Of a DNA stretch of 64,000 bases, positions 18,748-32,833 are shown one piece after another. How positions within the stretch are numbered: the stretch's first letter is position 1; every line of letters starts with the position of its first letter. A program made the translations under genes and the position numbers. This stretch comes from a virus. Taxonomy: Duplodnaviria; Caudoviricetes. The stretch lies in the IMG/VR virus record IMGVR_UViG_3300028887_000104, positions 13,727 to 77,726 of that record; one strand, 5' to 3'. Under the pieces are notes generated by a model that saw nothing but the letters and a program-made list of their open reading frames with translations, did no database searches and was not told the origin of the DNA.

Positions 18748-19140
18748 ATGGCGAAAAAGATTGTGCCGATGGACTCGGCGAGAAAGGAAGGCAAGCCAAT
18801 GGCTGCGAATGAAAAGGAATTCACCAAGGTAATCATTACCGACAAGCATGGAAGCAAGTACACCCTGGAGTTCAACGCCCGTGTTGTGAAGAACATGGAG
18901 CGGAGCGGTTTCAAGATCGACGCGGATTATCCCAACACGATGATTGAGAAGCTGTTTACCGGCGCATTCCAGATGCATCATAAAGGCATGATGACCGAGC
19001 GCATCATGAGCATCTGGGACGAACAGAACAAGAAGGACGAACTGCTCGGCATCCTGACAAAGCTGTACATGAAGCCGCTGGAAGACCTGATGAAGGACAG
19101 CGGGAATGAAGAAGACACCCCTACGTGGGAGACCGTCTGA
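18748..19140 (+). CDS. Tail assembly chaperone
   Basis: Position between tube and tape measure; YTLEFN. Confidence 0.65.
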   Translation: MAKKIVPMDSARKEGKPMAANEKEFTKVIITDKHGSKYTLEFNARVVKNMERSGFKIDADYPNTMIEKLFTGAFQMHHKGMMTERIMSIWDEQNKKDELLGILTKLYMKPLEDLMKDSGNEEDTPTWETV

Positions 19141-19601
19141 CGGAGGAACCACCACCGCAGACGGACACCCCGTATGGCGATATATTTGACCAACTGTTTC
19201 CCCAGTTTCTGGTGATGGGCATGAGTCCGGAAGAATACTGGGACGGGGAGAGTTCTCTGAAAGCCGCTTACAAGAAAGCATACGAGATTCGTATGGAAAC
19301 AGAACAGCGGCTGGCGGACCGGAATAACTGGTACATGGCGCAGTACATCATTAACGTACTGCAATGTGTACCGCTGCTGGTAGGCGGACTGAACGTAAAG
19401 AGCACGACCAAGCTGCCACAGTTCCCGGACAAGCCGTACTTCGAAAAATTCGAAGCGCAAAAAAAAGAAGAGGCTCGGAAGAAACAGGAACAAGACCAGA
19501 TGATGCTTGCCATGGCGTTTTTCCACGCCGGCGTCGAGAAGTTCAACAGGAACATCGAAGCGCGGCTTGAGAAAGAGAAGGCAGCATTGTCCGGGCAGTA
19601 A
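19125..19601 (+). CDS. Tail assembly chaperone C-terminal (GT-like) ORF
   Basis: Overlaps upstream ORF in -1 frame; MGMSPEEYWDG motif. Confidence 0.6.
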   Translation: MGDRLTEEPPPQTDTPYGDIFDQLFPQFLVMGMSPEEYWDGESSLKAAYKKAYEIRMETEQRLADRNNWYMAQYIINVLQCVPLLVGGLNVKSTTKLPQFPDKPYFEKFEAQKKEEARKKQEQDQMMLAMAFFHAGVEKFNRNIEARLEKEKAALSGQ

Positions 19602-19636
19602 GAATACGGGGCGCGGAAGCGAGGAGGAAATGACTT

Positions 19637-22600
19637 ATGGCAGATGTTGGTGTATTAAATTTACAAATCAAAGCAAATGCATCACAGGCAGCACAGAGTC
19701 TGAGGTCCCTTGCTTCCGCGCTTTCGCGTGTCAAGGATGCCATCGGAAAAGGCCTGACGCTTGGAAGCACAGGAACAACGCTGAAGAGGCTTAAAGAACT
19801 TCTTGGCGGCGACTGGAGCGGAAGTGATCAGTTTAAGATCGCTATGGGCAACCTGCGGGACGGAGCGAACATGCTGTCCAAAAGCGGTACGGCGGCGAAA
19901 CTGGAAGGCGCAGCCAAGGCCATGAAGACCATTTCCGATGCGTATCAGAAGTATATTCAGTCTTTCGCACAGAGTAATAACGAGGCCAGCAAAGCGACGG
20001 CAACCGTTAAGGAGGCTGTCGGCGATTGGCGTGGAAAAATGGCCGGAGCGAATAGCAAAGGAACGAACCTGCAATTCTTTGCATCGTCGCCAAAGGGCGA
20101 GAAAATGAATGCCATGAACTGGGCAAACGGCGCTGTCGAAGCCATGCATAAAGTCAATGAGGCAGCAGGCGGTGTCGATGCAGGAACGGTTAATAATATT
20201 ACAAACCTTACAAATGCGCTGAACGGACTAAAAGGCGTATCCGGAATCGGCGGTCAGTTAAAAACGCTGGCTGAAGGACTGACCGCAATCCTTCGGTTCG
20301 ACGGTGATCATAAAGGATCCAGCGGAACAATCGAGAGAATCGGAACATCTCTGAAACACTTCAAAGAAAAAACATCCGGATTCAAGTCTCCGAATTTTAG
20401 TGGCATTATCAAACTTACCGATGCATTACAGAGAGGCTTTTTTGCGTCCGTTGAAATTGAGAATATTGCCAAAGCACTGGAGCATCTGAGTAAAGTCGGC
20501 GAAAGCTTTACGATGCCGAATTTGTCCGGATTGAAAAAGCTTACGTCCGCTATATCAGGAACACAGACAGCGGACGCCAAAGCAACATCCAGCATGAAAA
20601 AGGTCAGCGACGTTGTTGATGAGGCTGCCGGCAAAATGCAGACTGTTGCACCAGGCGTTGAAGCAAACGTTGGAACTGCGGCAGAAGAGGCGGCGCAGAA
20701 AGTAGAACAGATCAGCGATGCTGCAAATCATGTTGCCGCCGGGATGAAAAACGTTGAATCCGGAATTGAAAGCGTCGGGAAACGAGTTGAGATCGTTGCT
20801 CAAAGAATCGCTGACCAAATGAGTAATATTCTTCCGGATAATATGAGTTGGAATGTTGGCGAAAAAATGGTCTCTGTTGATGGGAAAATGCAAACAAGTG
20901 TTGATGATGTTAAAGCTGTTGCTGATGCGGTTGAAAGCGGTTATAGCCGGATGGAAAAAATTACAGACAACGGTCCGGTTCATATGGAGTTTGTTAAAGT
21001 TGATCCTGACGCAGATGAACAAAGGATTAGAGAAGGTACAGAAAGGGTAGCAGCAACTGCTCAGCGGCGCCTTGATAAGCTGAGAGAAATGTTTAAAAAT
21101 TCTTCCCCAGTTCGTCAGGAAGATATTGCAAAAGACTTCGGCATGACACGAGAGCAGATGTTCCCGGATCCTGTGGAAGCACAGGCATCCGCGCAGGGAC
21201 TGAAAACAGTAACGGAAGCTATGGAGAATTATATCAGCGTAGAAGCAGAAATGCCGAAGACTGATATATCCGCTCCAGGTTCTATGTCCAGTACATTGAT
21301 GGATATCATGAACCAGCCAACAAGCCCTGCATTTGATAATCTGAAGGAAAGCGAGCAACAGACATCGCAACAGACAGAGCAACTCACCGGAGACCTGAAA
21401 GACCTCGACCGGGAAATGAAGCAGAAAAAGCCTGACGCAGAACAGGCTGCCAGCGCCATGGACCGGTTCAAGGCGTCAATGAAAGACCTTGGAAGCGGCG
21501 TGAAAACGCTGTTTAAGCCGCTGACAAACCTGGCGAAGCAGTTCTGGCGTATCGCAAAGCGGATGGCGATCCGGGCGATCATCAAGCAGGTTACCAGCGC
21601 GTTCCGGGAAGGCACGGAAAATGTGTACCGGTACAGCGAAGCCATCGGAAGCAGTTTTTCTTCGGAGATGGACAGCGCTGCCACATCTTTGAACCAGATG
21701 AAGAACAGTATCGGTGCGGCGGTCGCTCCGGCAATTCAGATGCTGCTTCCGATTCTTCAGAGCGTTGTGTCCTGGCTGACTACGGCGATCAACTACGTGA
21801 ACCAGTTCCTGTCTCTGCTCAGCGGAAAGAGCACATGGACACGGGCACTCCCTGTCGCAACAAAAGCGTTTGATGAACAAAAGAAAGCCGCGAAGAGCGC
21901 CAGCGATACGGTTAAAGATATGCTGGCGGACTTTGATGAACTGAACATTATTCAGCAGAATGGTAACGGCGGAAGCGGAAGCGGAAGCAGTGATACTGCT
22001 ACTGACTATACGACGATGTTCGAAGAAGTCAGTGAATTCGACAGCAAGATTAAAGATATGGTCCAGTGGATTGAGGACCATATGGATTCCATTAAAACCA
22101 TGGCGATTGCAATCGGAACAGCCATTCTTGGATGGAAAATCAGCAGTGCATTTAACGGTGTGCTTGGAACGCTTGGCAGTATTATTGCAGGCGGCGCGCT
22201 TGTTGTTCTCGGCTTGGAAATTGGCAAAATCAGCGGGTATGATGTTGGATTAAACGGAGCAAATGCGACAAACGTAACGGCTTCTATTGTTGGCGCTGTT
22301 GCAACAGCTATCGGTGGGTACTTAATTGCCGGATGGGGCGGTCTGGCTGTTGGACTGACAGTTTATACAGGTATATGGCTTGAAGAATATTTTGCCGGGA
22401 AAAAGAAAGCCGCATATATTGCAACATTCGGGAGTATTGTGCTTGATGCAGATCAAATGAAAAAATGGGTACAATCCATGTTTGTATTCCCGATTGATGT
22501 ATATATTGAACTCATGAATACTTCCATTGCAAATTATCAGGAAGCGAAAGAGGCTCTTAAAGTTAAAATTAATGCATTCAATATGAGTCTCAATAAAATC

Positions 22601-24457
22601 AGGCTTCGTGTTGATACATCAAATGAAGCACTCGATCAGCTGTTAACAGATGCAAACAATACGCTAACAGCGTTTAAAGAAAAAAACCAGGCAGCACTTC
22701 AAATGATCACTGTTGGAGTTCAGCTTGGAACACTTACAGATGGGAATAATCAGCCGCTTCATATAACGTCTCTTGATCAGATTGGAATGGATTTGACAGG
22801 GCTTGAAGAGGCAGCGAATTATGCAGGAAAGCAATTGTCTTACTGGGTGTCACAGGGAATGAGCGATGGTTTGGATGAAACAACTCAAGCGATGATTGCA
22901 AAATATTCTTCGTATTTGATGAGAATTACATCAGCCGGACAAACCGGACAGATCGAAGGTCAATTTGAAACAACAATGGCTATTGCTGTTGGCGATTTGT
23001 CTCATGGTTCTCTTATGGAAGGAATCAAGAAAATGACAACCGCCGTTGATGATTACGCAAATGCAATTAATGAATTAAACATTAACAACGCAACACAGTT
23101 CAGCGAAATGGCAGCATCATTCCGAGAAGTGGAAAGAATGTATACAGAAGAAGCAAATGCTGCACAAGATCAGGCAACGGCAGAACATTTCCGCGAAGAA
23201 GCTGAAAAAGCAAGGTTAAAAGCGGTACAATATGAAGAAGAAGCACAAAAGATAAGAGAAAACCTGAACGTATCCAAGCAGAATGCACGGTTAAAAGCCC
23301 TAGAAAGAGTGCAGGAAGAGTTTAGAAAGATTTTTAAAGACGACGTCAATTTGTTTCAGGGCGGCCAGGGCCAACTAGAAAACGTTGAAAATATGTGGTC
23401 GAAAAGCTATGGCGATTTCGGATCATTTGAAGACAGATTTAAAGAATATATCAATGGAAACAATACATGGGATTTAACGGCAAGCCAAATTGGAGGACTT
23501 TTATCGAGTAATGTTTATTCTGTGCTTGGAAAACTTGATAAAGAAACAGAAAAGATAGTTCAGGGTCTTGGATTAAGCGGATGGGAAATTCTTCCTAAAA
23601 GTGCAAGAAAACAATTATATCAGTATATTAAAGACGCATCGCCCAGCACATTAGCTGCAACAGAATTTATGCGTGATGCATTCAATGTCGATATAAGCCA
23701 AATGATCGAGATATCCGGATGGGAGAATCTGAGCGAAGACGCCAAGGCCAGATACATGAGAATCTGGGAAGAAGTATTTGGAGAAGATTCACTTAAAGCG
23801 GCATTAAAACAAACAGACTTTGGACAAAATGCAGAAGTGTTTGCCAACTTTATTGGTGAAAACTTCGGGAATATGGGTCTTGAACCACGCGCATATCTGC
23901 TTAGAAGAATGACAGACATGTTTGGTGAAGACTCTGTCCGCGAATTGCTGAACAGCAGATATTCTTCTGATATTGCAGATCAGTACATGAATGAAATGCA
24001 AATTATCAGATCAATTGTAGAATACGGAGTAAATGAAAGTGACCTTCGTGCACAATACGCCGATATTATTAGCCAGTATGAATACATCATTACTGAATTG
24101 CAAAACAGACTTGATCAAAATGGAAACACCAGAGGAGCAAATTACGATCCGACAAGGTTGCGTGCATCTGCAATGCCTGGGATGCCGTTAGGAACTGCAC
24201 CTATTCGAAGCAGGACTTCTGTTGACATAGAAGGTCCAGAATATGAAACGGACACGCGCACTGCGGAAGCTACAGAGGCTACCAGTCAAAGCATGACAGA
24301 CCAAAATACAAAGATTGACGTACTAACCGGACTGCTTCGGGCTGTTTTGGCACGGCTGAATGCAGGCCTGAATGTGAACATGGGTCAGACGTCCACGGCG
24401 GGACGGGTTGTAGGCGGAGCGTTGGCGGCGTTTGCCAGAGTGACCGGGGATAACTGA
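19637..24457 (+). CDS. Tape measure protein
   Basis: 1606 aa, Ala/Ser-rich helical, hydrophobic central segment. Confidence 0.9.
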   Translation: MADVGVLNLQIKANASQAAQSLRSLASALSRVKDAIGKGLTLGSTGTTLKRLKELLGGDWSGSDQFKIAMGNLRDGANMLSKSGTAAKLEGAAKAMKTISDAYQKYIQSFAQSNNEASKATATVKEAVGDWRGKMAGANSKGTNLQFFASSPKGEKMNAMNWANGAVEAMHKVNEAAGGVDAGTVNNITNLTNALNGLKGVSGIGGQLKTLAEGLTAILRFDGDHKGSSGTIERIGTSLKHFKEKTSGFKSPNFSGIIKLTDALQRGFFASVEIENIAKALEHLSKVGESFTMPNLSGLKKLTSAISGTQTADAKATSSMKKVSDVVDEAAGKMQTVAPGVEANVGTAAEEAAQKVEQISDAANHVAAGMKNVESGIESVGKRVEIVAQRIADQMSNILPDNMSWNVGEKMVSVDGKMQTSVDDVKAVADAVESGYSRMEKITDNGPVHMEFVKVDPDADEQRIREGTERVAATAQRRLDKLREMFKNSSPVRQEDIAKDFGMTREQMFPDPVEAQASAQGLKTVTEAMENYISVEAEMPKTDISAPGSMSSTLMDIMNQPTSPAFDNLKESEQQTSQQTEQLTGDLKDLDREMKQKKPDAEQAASAMDRFKASMKDLGSGVKTLFKPLTNLAKQFWRIAKRMAIRAIIKQVTSAFREGTENVYRYSEAIGSSFSSEMDSAATSLNQMKNSIGAAVAPAIQMLLPILQSVVSWLTTAINYVNQFLSLLSGKSTWTRALPVATKAFDEQKKAAKSASDTVKDMLADFDELNIIQQNGNGGSGSGSSDTATDYTTMFEEVSEFDSKIKDMVQWIEDHMDSIKTMAIAIGTAILGWKISSAFNGVLGTLGSIIAGGALVVLGLEIGKISGYDVGLNGANATNVTASIVGAVATAIGGYLIAGWGGLAVGLTVYTGIWLEEYFAGKKKAAYIATFGSIVLDADQMKKWVQSMFVFPIDVYIELMNTSIANYQEAKEALKVKINAFNMSLNKIRLRVDTSNEALDQLLTDANNTLTAFKEKNQAALQMITVGVQLGTLTDGNNQPLHITSLDQIGMDLTGLEEAANYAGKQLSYWVSQGMSDGLDETTQAMIAKYSSYLMRITSAGQTGQIEGQFETTMAIAVGDLSHGSLMEGIKKMTTAVDDYANAINELNINNATQFSEMAASFREVERMYTEEANAAQDQATAEHFREEAEKARLKAVQYEEEAQKIRENLNVSKQNARLKALERVQEEFRKIFKDDVNLFQGGQGQLENVENMWSKSYGDFGSFEDRFKEYINGNNTWDLTASQIGGLLSSNVYSVLGKLDKETEKIVQGLGLSGWEILPKSARKQLYQYIKDASPSTLAATEFMRDAFNVDISQMIEISGWENLSEDAKARYMRIWEEVFGEDSLKAALKQTDFGQNAEVFANFIGENFGNMGLEPRAYLLRRMTDMFGEDSVRELLNSRYSSDIADQYMNEMQIIRSIVEYGVNESDLRAQYADIISQYEYIITELQNRLDQNGNTRGANYDPTRLRASAMPGMPLGTAPIRSRTSVDIEGPEYETDTRTAEATEATSQSMTDQNTKIDVLTGLLRAVLARLNAGLNVNMGQTSTAGRVVGGALAAFARVTGDN

Positions 24458-24468
24458 GGTGATAGCAG

Positions 24469-24849
24469 ATGAGAAAATATAAGTATTCCATGGGAATCAA
24501 GGTAAACGGAACGAGCATTCCGGATCCGACCAGCTGGACGTATCAGGTGAGCGACCTGGATACGGAAGGCGGGCGGGACGCCACCGGACTGCTTCACCGG
24601 GCGTATGTGGCGACGAAAGTTAATTACGACTTTGTATGGAACGCACTTGACTGGGAAATGCTCCAGCGGATCGTCGCCGCAATCCAGACGCCGTCGTTCA
24701 CCCTGCTGGCACCGGACCCGAGAACGTTTAACACTATGTATACCGGCACATATTACTGCGGAGACCGGAGCGGAAGCTGCCACTACTATCTGATTGAGAA
24801 TCAGGAGATTGCGCAGTTTGAACTGAAAGTGAATTTTATTGAGTACTGA
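24469..24849 (+). CDS. Distal tail protein-like
   Basis: IPDPTSW.YQVSDLD...RDATGLLHR, FTL...DP, YCGDRS. Confidence 0.65.
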   Translation: MRKYKYSMGIKVNGTSIPDPTSWTYQVSDLDTEGGRDATGLLHRAYVATKVNYDFVWNALDWEMLQRIVAAIQTPSFTLLAPDPRTFNTMYTGTYYCGDRSGSCHYYLIENQEIAQFELKVNFIEY

Positions 24850-24908
24850 TTTTTTTCTTCCATGATACTACTATATGTGGTATGATTATCACGAAAGGAG
24901 GATACATC

Positions 24909-26042
24909 GTGTATAATGCAAGCAGCGCATTCCATACAGCCTGCCAGGGAAACGCGCCACAGATTGCCTTGCTGATATTCGAAGACGCGATCTTCAGCAA
25001 TTCGGACATCAACGTGCAGAACGGACTGGAATTCCACGACTACTTCAACACAGAAGAGGACATTTCCATCGGGCAGGCGCTGAGCAACGAGACCCGGTTC
25101 ACGCTGTTCAATGATGCGCGGCTGCTGAACGATTACGGTTTCGGCGAGTTCCAGGCAACGCTTGGTGTCCGGATCAGCACGGGAACGTACTCGGACAATT
25201 CCAACGTGATTGCGTATGACGGTAACGTGATCTGGCGCGGACGGAGTTCTTCTCCGTACCTGACGCGGAACGGGACGGCAGTATCCTCCCAGCCAAGCTT
25301 TCCGGTATGGTCTATTGCAATCTACGGAACGAAGGTGTACGCATTCGGGAGCAACGGTCAGTGCAAGATCTACACGAACGGCGGGTCTGCCGTCAGCGGC
25401 GGAATCAACGCGTTCATGCAGAACAAGGTAAAGAAGTGGAAGGGCCTCGGATTCAACCTGAACACAAGCACGCGAATCCTGAAAGTGTACGGCGACGGGA
25501 AGACGGAGACGTACGAGTTTGTGCCGCTGGGAATGTTCATTGCGGAACGGCCCGACAGTCCGGACAAGATCAGCATTGATCTCAGCTGCCATGACCGGAT
25601 GGAGAAGTTTGACAAGGACATGCCGGACACAGCGGCGCTTGGGATCACCTACCCAACGACCATCGGGACGCTGTTCACGAAGCTGTGCACGTATGCGGGT
25701 GTCCCCTACCGGACCGCGACGTTTATGAACAGCACGGCAACGGTCAGCAAGATGCCGGAGCAGTTCAAGAACGCGAACATGCGGACTGTGATCGGATGGA
25801 TTGCGGAGGCCGCCGGAAGCAACGCCGGGTTCGACCGGGACGGATACCTGGTCCTGAAGTGGCTGACGAGCACGGGCCAGACGTTTGACGAGAACGGATA
25901 CTCCTCGTGCGTACCGAAGTACTACACGACGCCGACGGTGACGAAACTGTACAAGCGGAATACGAGCGGCGGAAACGACGTGACCGTCGGAAGCGGAAAT
26001 AGCGGATACCTGATCCAGGATAACCCGCTGATGAATGGATAA
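24909..26042 (+). CDS. Tail/baseplate hub protein
   Basis: GTG start after AAAGGAGG; PLGMFIAERP, CHDRMEKFD. Confidence 0.65.
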   Translation: MYNASSAFHTACQGNAPQIALLIFEDAIFSNSDINVQNGLEFHDYFNTEEDISIGQALSNETRFTLFNDARLLNDYGFGEFQATLGVRISTGTYSDNSNVIAYDGNVIWRGRSSSPYLTRNGTAVSSQPSFPVWSIAIYGTKVYAFGSNGQCKIYTNGGSAVSGGINAFMQNKVKKWKGLGFNLNTSTRILKVYGDGKTETYEFVPLGMFIAERPDSPDKISIDLSCHDRMEKFDKDMPDTAALGITYPTTIGTLFTKLCTYAGVPYRTATFMNSTATVSKMPEQFKNANMRTVIGWIAEAAGSNAGFDRDGYLVLKWLTSTGQTFDENGYSSCVPKYYTTPTVTKLYKRNTSGGNDVTVGSGNSGYLIQDNPLMNG

Positions 26043-26060
26043 GGAAAGGAGGAATGCGAC

Positions 26061-28814
26061 ATGGCTGCGGCCAGCATGCAACCGATTTATGACCGGCTGA
26101 ACGCGGTGGCCGGATATAATCCGCTGACGGCGGAAACGTTTGGCGACTGGGCCATGGAAGCCGGGGACATCGTTCGTGTCATACGCGGAGAAGACGCATA
26201 CGACGTACCGGTACATTCCTCCACGCTGATCTGGCGCGGCCAGCAGCGGATGAACATCGACGCGACCGGCAAAAAGGAACGGGACAGCATCGCCAAAGCC
26301 AGCGCGCAGAAGTACGGACGCGGCGGGGCGGCAGTTCGCGGATCGCAGAGCATGTACCAGTACTTTGAGAGCGAAAATCAAAGCCTGCGGTCTGAGTTCG
26401 AAATGAGCTATGAAAGCCTGCGTGTTACGTTCGAAAATGAACTGGACAGCACGCGGTCAGAATTCCAGATGACAGCTGAGTCACTGCGGATTCAGTTTGA
26501 GAACGAGATCGCGAGCACCCGGTCTGAGTTTGAAATGACGAGCGAGTCGCTCCGGATCGAGTTTGAAAACGAGATTGCGAGCACGCGGTCGGAATTCAAC
26601 ATGACGGCTGAATCGTTACGGATTCAGTTCGAAAATGAACTGAGCAGTACACGGTCCGAGTTTGAAGCCACGAGCGAAAGCCTGCGGATTACGTTTGAAA
26701 GCGAGATCAGCAGTACACGTTCAGATATTCAGGTACAGGCGAACCGGATCGGACTGGTGGTGTCCGGTACGGGGTCGAACGCGAGGATCAAGGCAGCGGA
26801 GATTGCGGTTGCCATTAACGATGATAACAGTGAAGCATTCATCAATGCTGATCATGTATACATCAGCGGAACCACAAAACTGAGCGGTCAGCTGACTGTC
26901 CAGGATGGATCTCTTCTTGTTAAGACGGCACTGCTTGTCAGCGGTTCGACAGGCGGAAACGTTACGATTAATAACGGGAAGATTACCGCAAAAGAGTACC
27001 AGGTGAATTCCGGAGGCGAGATTGTTTTTGTCGGAGCCGGGACCGGAGAACATTACGATCTCAGCGCGAGTACGCTACAGGGAATGATCAAAAGCTTTTC
27101 TGTTACCGGAAACGTACTGACATTGACGCCGTTTTACGGAGACCCGGTGGATTTTAGCAAAGCCGTTTCACTGTCCGGAACGTGGAGCGGCGGCGTACTT
27201 ACGGTGAGCGCATCACCTTCCGGAGTTGGTGAACCCTGGGTGCGGTCTCTGCACCAGACAGAAACATCATGGAACGGATACGATGCTATCATTCCAGTAA
27301 ATGTGTTCCGGACGTCCGGAGCGAGCGAATACGATGAAGGCACGATTATCAATGTTTCCGCTTCTGTTCCAAGCGATAAAAGATACACAACCGGATGGTC
27401 TGAAGCGTATGAAAAAGTCGTTATCCCAGGGACAAATACGTCAACGAATTCGGCGACGTTTAAAACGCCAAACGCTACGGCGTCGAGCAATCCTGTACAG
27501 AATTCTCATGTGCTTTCCATGGGAAATGACGGGAATAACGCTGTTGTTCTTTACAGGGCAACGGATAGCGGAAGCGCTGTTACGATTGCGAAGTTTACGC
27601 ACAACAAATACGATTCCGGGAAAACACAGGGATGGTCAGACGCGTATGCAAAGGTCGCTATTCCCGGAAGCAATACATCGACGAATTCGGCCACGTTCAA
27701 AACTCCGAACTCAGCCGCAACGAGCAACCCTGCACAGAACTCTCATGCACTGAGTATGGGGAATGACGGAAACAATGCTGTTGTTCTTTACCGGGCAACA
27801 GACAGCGGCAATGCTGTTACGATTGCAAAGTTTACCCATAATAAATATGATTCTGGGAAAACCCAAGGATGGACAGACGCATACAACAAGGTGTCTATTC
27901 CTGGAAGCAATACAAGCACAAACTCAGCGACATTTAAAACTCCGAATTCAGCTGCAACAAGTAACCCAGTACAGAATTCTCATGTTCTGTCAATGGGCAA
28001 CGACGGGAACAATGCGGTTGTTCTTTACAGGGCAACAGACAGTGGGAACGCTGTCACAATAGCGAAGTTTACGCATGATAAATATACAAGCGGCCAGAAT
28101 GCTGTTACGTTGAACGATGCGAGCTGGAATTCGATTTCAACGCTTACATCCAGCAGGACAGTAACAGTCAGCACAAGCGGAAGACCTACACAGCTCAGCA
28201 AGAGCAAGACCGTTTATCTCACCGCCGGAACATGGTCAAACGGAAGCATGCCGACCTATATCCGGGACGGAAGCACAAGCGGAACGATTATTGCACAAAG
28301 CAGCGTAAGCGCTCCGAGTGCCACCATGGATGTTGGTTCATGGTCCAGTGGGAGTATAACCGTAACCGCAAAAAACGGAACGGCTTCCATGGGATCGGCT
28401 ACTGTTACATTGCCTGATATATCCGCATTTGATACAACAGCTCCGAATGGAGAGTCTATAACGGTTGGAACGACAACGTATACGAACAATTCCAGCGGTT
28501 ATGATCTGAACGGTTCCGGAAGCTCCGCGACATGTATTATGGTCGTTAAGTCCACATGGACGCAGGGCGGCAAAAGTATGAGCGGAAAAAGTTATCTTCA
28601 ATCCGCTCCAACCGCATTATACAGAAAAGGATATTCAGATGGGTACAGCGTAACAAAGAGCCAAATTACCGGGTCTCGCGGGAATAAACAGACATCACAG
28701 CCGACATATGATACGAAGATTTCAGATATTTCAGGATCGTCAGGTGTTGGCTGGTATGTCATTACAGTAACAGTTCACGGCACGAGTAAAACATTCGGAC
28801 TTCACATAACATAA
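26061..28814 (+). CDS. Tail tip / central fibre protein with internal repeats
   Basis: 917 aa; five 22-aa repeats and three 79-aa repeats. Confidence 0.7.
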   Translation: MAAASMQPIYDRLNAVAGYNPLTAETFGDWAMEAGDIVRVIRGEDAYDVPVHSSTLIWRGQQRMNIDATGKKERDSIAKASAQKYGRGGAAVRGSQSMYQYFESENQSLRSEFEMSYESLRVTFENELDSTRSEFQMTAESLRIQFENEIASTRSEFEMTSESLRIEFENEIASTRSEFNMTAESLRIQFENELSSTRSEFEATSESLRITFESEISSTRSDIQVQANRIGLVVSGTGSNARIKAAEIAVAINDDNSEAFINADHVYISGTTKLSGQLTVQDGSLLVKTALLVSGSTGGNVTINNGKITAKEYQVNSGGEIVFVGAGTGEHYDLSASTLQGMIKSFSVTGNVLTLTPFYGDPVDFSKAVSLSGTWSGGVLTVSASPSGVGEPWVRSLHQTETSWNGYDAIIPVNVFRTSGASEYDEGTIINVSASVPSDKRYTTGWSEAYEKVVIPGTNTSTNSATFKTPNATASSNPVQNSHVLSMGNDGNNAVVLYRATDSGSAVTIAKFTHNKYDSGKTQGWSDAYAKVAIPGSNTSTNSATFKTPNSAATSNPAQNSHALSMGNDGNNAVVLYRATDSGNAVTIAKFTHNKYDSGKTQGWTDAYNKVSIPGSNTSTNSATFKTPNSAATSNPVQNSHVLSMGNDGNNAVVLYRATDSGNAVTIAKFTHDKYTSGQNAVTLNDASWNSISTLTSSRTVTVSTSGRPTQLSKSKTVYLTAGTWSNGSMPTYIRDGSTSGTIIAQSSVSAPSATMDVGSWSSGSITVTAKNGTASMGSATVTLPDISAFDTTAPNGESITVGTTTYTNNSSGYDLNGSGSSATCIMVVKSTWTQGGKSMSGKSYLQSAPTALYRKGYSDGYSVTKSQITGSRGNKQTSQPTYDTKISDISGSSGVGWYVITVTVHGTSKTFGLHIT
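26380..26725 (+). repeat. About 5 x 66-bp in-frame repeats
   Basis: SLR(V/I)xFE(N/S)E(L/I)xSTRSEFxMTxE units. Confidence 0.85.
27393..28090 (+). repeat. 3 x 237-bp (79-aa) in-frame repeats
   Basis: GGATGG anchors at 27393, 27630, 27867; GW.DAY.KV.IPG.NTSTNSATFKTPN... units. Confidence 0.9.
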
Positions 28815-28832
28815 CGGAAAGGATTGAAACAA

Positions 28833-29048
28833 ATGGAACAGCGCGTCATGACCGCAGAGGAAGTTGTAAAAATTACGATTAACGATCTCAGCAGGATTCA
28901 GGTTCCGGCGGCCCTGATTCAGCAGATCGGAATTCCGATTGCTGACGCGATTAACAAACTGAACCTGTGCGTTGAAAGCTGGGAAAGAACCCGGCATGAA
29001 GAAGAATCGAAACAGGCCGATAAACCCGGCGAGGCAGAGAGCGAATAA
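28833..29048 (+). CDS. Small tail-associated hypothetical protein
   Basis: AAAGGA RBS, 71 aa. Confidence 0.55.
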   Translation: MEQRVMTAEEVVKITINDLSRIQVPAALIQQIGIPIADAINKLNLCVESWERTRHEEESKQADKPGEAESE

Positions 29049-29079
29049 CGACAGAATACAGCAATCGAGGTGATGCAAA

Positions 29080-32436
<3,357 letters not shown>

Positions 32437-32477
32437 GAATTGGCAGGGGCTTGTCCCCTGCCCCAAGAGGTGAAAGT

Positions 32478-32635
32478 ATGAAGTGACAAACGAAGGAAAA
32501 CGGAACCAAAGCCGGGTAGAGTTCGACAATACGTACTTCGCCGTTGATGACGATATCGAAAACCTGATAACAACCAACTTCGGATTAAAAGGCGAAAAGC
32601 TTGGATACCGAGGCTTGGGAGACATAAATCGCTGA
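32478..32635 (+). pseudogene. Truncated, frameshifted Avd-like (DGR accessory) gene
   Basis: GAGGTG RBS, ATG-AA-GTG, then VTNEGKRNQSRVEFDNTYF...NLITTNFG resembling Firmicute-phage Avd N-termini; stops after 50 codons. Confidence 0.45.
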
Positions 32636-32709
32636 AGAATGGCAATCAATAGGCGTAGTCATGTGAGGTGCAAATCCTTGCCCCGTGATTTGGCCCAATA
32701 TGGTCAGAT

Positions 32710-32833
32710 GAACGAAAAGTAAGTAGCAGACAACCGAACCGGTGGCAAAGGGTGAAAGCATACCCGGAAATCGAAAGTTGTCTGTGTGATAGAGGATACG
32801 GGAACGGGAATCGGCTCGTTCCCAACCTCGTTC
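32710..32833 (+). ncRNA. Putative multi-stem structured RNA cassette
   Basis: Stems GAACGA/TCGTTC, CAGACAAC/GTTGTCTG, GGGT/ACCC, GAGG/CCTC, GGGAACG/CGTTCCC; no ORF. Confidence 0.5.
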
